Origin: a bacterium
Lineage (GTDB): Bacteria > Electryoneota > Electryoneia > Electryoneales > Electryoneaceae
Length of the DNA: 64,000 bases
Assembly: GCA_963669175.1 (NCBI GenBank)
Contig: OY769902.1
Location: 256,001 to 320,000, forward strand
Reading direction: 5' to 3'
Of the stretch, positions 61,919 through 64,000 are shown piece by piece. The notes under the pieces are model-generated. The model was not told where the DNA came from, did not search any database, and was given only the letters and a program-made list of their open reading frames with translations. A program made the position numbers and the translations under genes. Positions within the stretch are counted from its first letter, which is position 1; each line of letters begins with the position of its first letter.

Positions 61919-63910
61919 TTACTTGACCAGGTATAACTTCTGGACCAGCGCTTGTCCCTGGAACCCGATCCGCAGGAAATACACCCCCGCAGGCTCGCTT
62001 CCCATGTCCAGCGGGATGATGTTGCGACCGTCCTGCATGACATGGGCAGCCTGTTTCACGCATTGCCCCAACAGGTTGTACACGGCCAATTGAACCTCGC
62101 CCGGTTCCGGCAGGTTCAGCAAGGCGCGTGTTTCTCCGTTGAAGGGGTTGGGGTAGGCCGGATTCAACGTGAAGTCAGATGGAGTGTTATCCGCTGAAGA
62201 CTCAACCCCCAGGTCATCCACAATGAAGCTCCATGTCTCCCTGGCGGGTTGCGCCCCACCGTGCTCATCCCGTGCCACTACAGTCCAGAAATACAGCTCA
62301 TTGTTGGGCGGGACAAATGCCCACTGAGTATCTGTCAGTCCTATCGCGGCAGGATCATCCATGTAATATCTGTCCGTTGTCAGGTACACATCATAGCGAA
62401 TTTCAGACGACGGGTCGTTGGACGCTTCCCAGGATAGGGTTATCGTCGAATCCAAACCAAAAACGGTACTATCAAGCGGTTCCAGCAGAGAAAACGGCGC
62501 CGGAGGATGATTCGCCACGAAATGCCAGGTTTCGTCGGATAATCGTTCCAACCCATTGCTCTCATAGCGCGCACGTATACGCCAATAATAAGTCATCCCC
62601 TCAAAAAAACCGGATATGGTAAGGGTTGTATCTGCGCCAACCACATTGGCATGAAAGTTATCCTCATCCCCCTGCGAAAGCTCCAGGATATAGACAATGC
62701 TATCTCTGAGGTCCGTATCTGACGCGGCATGCCACTGGAAGGTAATCGGTTGAGTAGCATATTGCCCAATAGCAGGTCTGATCAGGTTGAATGCACCCGG
62801 CGGGGTACTTTGACGCCACCAGGACACACCATCCAGGTCCAACCCGGCACAGGCAAAGTCCATGTCCGTATCCCCATCAAGGTCGGCCATGGCGAGGCCT
62901 ATAGGACCATCATACTGCTCGGTGATGACTTCCTGCAAAAAAGCGCCATTATCGTTTTCCCACAGGAAAATGGTGTCCGTTACGTATCCCCCGGCGATCA
63001 CGTCCTCGTCGCCATCGCCATCAATATCCCCTGTCGCTACTGAATACGCATTGTCCAGGGGAGGGATCAGAATGTTCTGGTTAAAGTTGCCGTTCCCATG
63101 GCTTGCCCACCAGGCTACATAGTCGCCATCACTCATAGCGGCGATAACGTCCATGTGGTCATCACCATTAAGATTGCACAGTTTGAGTTTGCGTGGCGAA
63201 TTGATGCTGGCGCTGATCGAATGACTCTCGAACTCCCCCTGGCCATCGTTTTCCAGCCAATCGATACGGTCGGCATAGGTGGCGATAACATAAAGGTCTA
63301 CATCCCCATCGTTATCAATATCGTCCGCTTCAACCCCTGCTGCACCGTCGTAGTTGGTGAGAATCGTGTGGGTGGTAAAATTCATATCGCCATTGTTTTC
63401 AAACCAGGCCACCACATCTGCACCGGAAGCAGCTCCAATGACATCCAGGTCACCATCATTGTCCAGATCGGCAAAGGTCATAGCTAACGGACCGTCAAAT
63501 TCGCCACACAGCACATGCGTGGCGAATTCCATGGAACCGTTATTCTCCAGCCAGAGGAATTCATCCTGTCCGCCGGCAGTACAAACCAGGAGATCCAGAA
63601 ACCCATCTTCATCCTGGTTCAAGTTGACCGCGCGTACGAAGTTGGCGCCTTCACAATGATCTGCAAGGATGGATGCTGTAAAATTACCGTCACCATCATT
63701 TTCGCAGAAAACAACCTGGCCTGCAAACATGGCTGCAACAACCCCATCCACGTCCCCATCCTGATCCATATCCTCCAGGATCACGGTACGAGCGCCGTCA
63801 AGTGAACCGTCGGCAACCATCTCTTCCAGTACAAACAGCCTCTCTGCAAAGGCAGTCGAAGTTACAAACAGGACAGCGAAGCTTCCCCATATCACAAGTA
63901 ATCGAATCAT
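61919..63910 (-). CDS. FG-GAP/VCBS beta-propeller protein with Fn3-like stalk and CTD sorting domain
   Basis: Seven 'DxDxDGDxD...WxEN.G' repeats, 'P..F.L..P...W...Y.W' modules, PAYPNPFN...AGVYFLRI...KLYLVK. Confidence 0.9.
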   Translation of the reverse strand: MIRLLVIWGSFAVLFVTSTAFAERLFVLEEMVADGSLDGARTVILEDMDQDGDVDGVVAAMFAGQVVFCENDGDGNFTASILADHCEGANFVRAVNLNQDEDGFLDLLVCTAGGQDEFLWLENNGSMEFATHVLCGEFDGPLAMTFADLDNDGDLDVIGAASGADVVAWFENNGDMNFTTHTILTNYDGAAGVEADDIDNDGDVDLYVIATYADRIDWLENDGQGEFESHSISASINSPRKLKLCNLNGDDHMDVIAAMSDGDYVAWWASHGNGNFNQNILIPPLDNAYSVATGDIDGDGDEDVIAGGYVTDTIFLWENDNGAFLQEVITEQYDGPIGLAMADLDGDTDMDFACAGLDLDGVSWWRQSTPPGAFNLIRPAIGQYATQPITFQWHAASDTDLRDSIVYILELSQGDEDNFHANVVGADTTLTISGFFEGMTYYWRIRARYESNGLERLSDETWHFVANHPPAPFSLLEPLDSTVFGLDSTITLSWEASNDPSSEIRYDVYLTTDRYYMDDPAAIGLTDTQWAFVPPNNELYFWTVVARDEHGGAQPARETWSFIVDDLGVESSADNTPSDFTLNPAYPNPFNGETRALLNLPEPGEVQLAVYNLLGQCVKQAAHVMQDGRNIIPLDMGSEPAGVYFLRIGFQGQALVQKLYLVK

Positions 63911-64000
63911 GCTGTTGTTCCTTCCGACTATTTAATCAATACGATTTTCTCCATCGCTTTCATTGATCCGACAGTGGCTTCAACGAAGTAAATGCCTGAA

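Overview
Bacterial genomic window. By inference it comes from the FCB superphylum (Calditrichota/Electryoneota/KSB1-like), because five proteins end in 'PNPFN...G.Y' secretion/sorting C-terminal domains (CTDs) and a PorV-like barrel is present. Housekeeping-type content: a truncated PilX/DUF4900-like gene absent from the ORF track, a P3A-type H+-ATPase with a HEAT-repeat gene, a B12-binding radical SAM protein, a perR-katA-peroxiredoxin operon, an AlgE-like barrel, an MCP, a TonB-dependent receptor (TBDR) divergent from a double C_GCAxxG_C_C protein, and a 4-gene Na+-translocating carboxyl-CoA decarboxylase operon. No rRNA, tRNA, cas gene or transposase was recognised. Highlights: (1) a ~14.6 kb locus of TBDR, CTD protein, PorV-like barrel, giant CTD protein, TPR lipoprotein and another CTD protein, with no SusD; its giant protein carries an M30-like metalloprotease domain that has lost its Zn ligands, making it a candidate peptide-capture/uptake system. 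(2) A low-GC two-gene cassette behind a poly-G promoter and flanked by long direct repeats, one of which supplies its stop codon. (3) Three MITE families carrying REP-like hairpins; two sit in one 15-bp tandem-repeat unit whose empty site can be reconstructed exactly. (4) A translationally coupled Zn-finger / eIF2B-like / glycosyltransferase operon. (5) A LysM-FecR gene paired with a 15-PKD gene. All family calls come from motif recognition by eye, not database searches.
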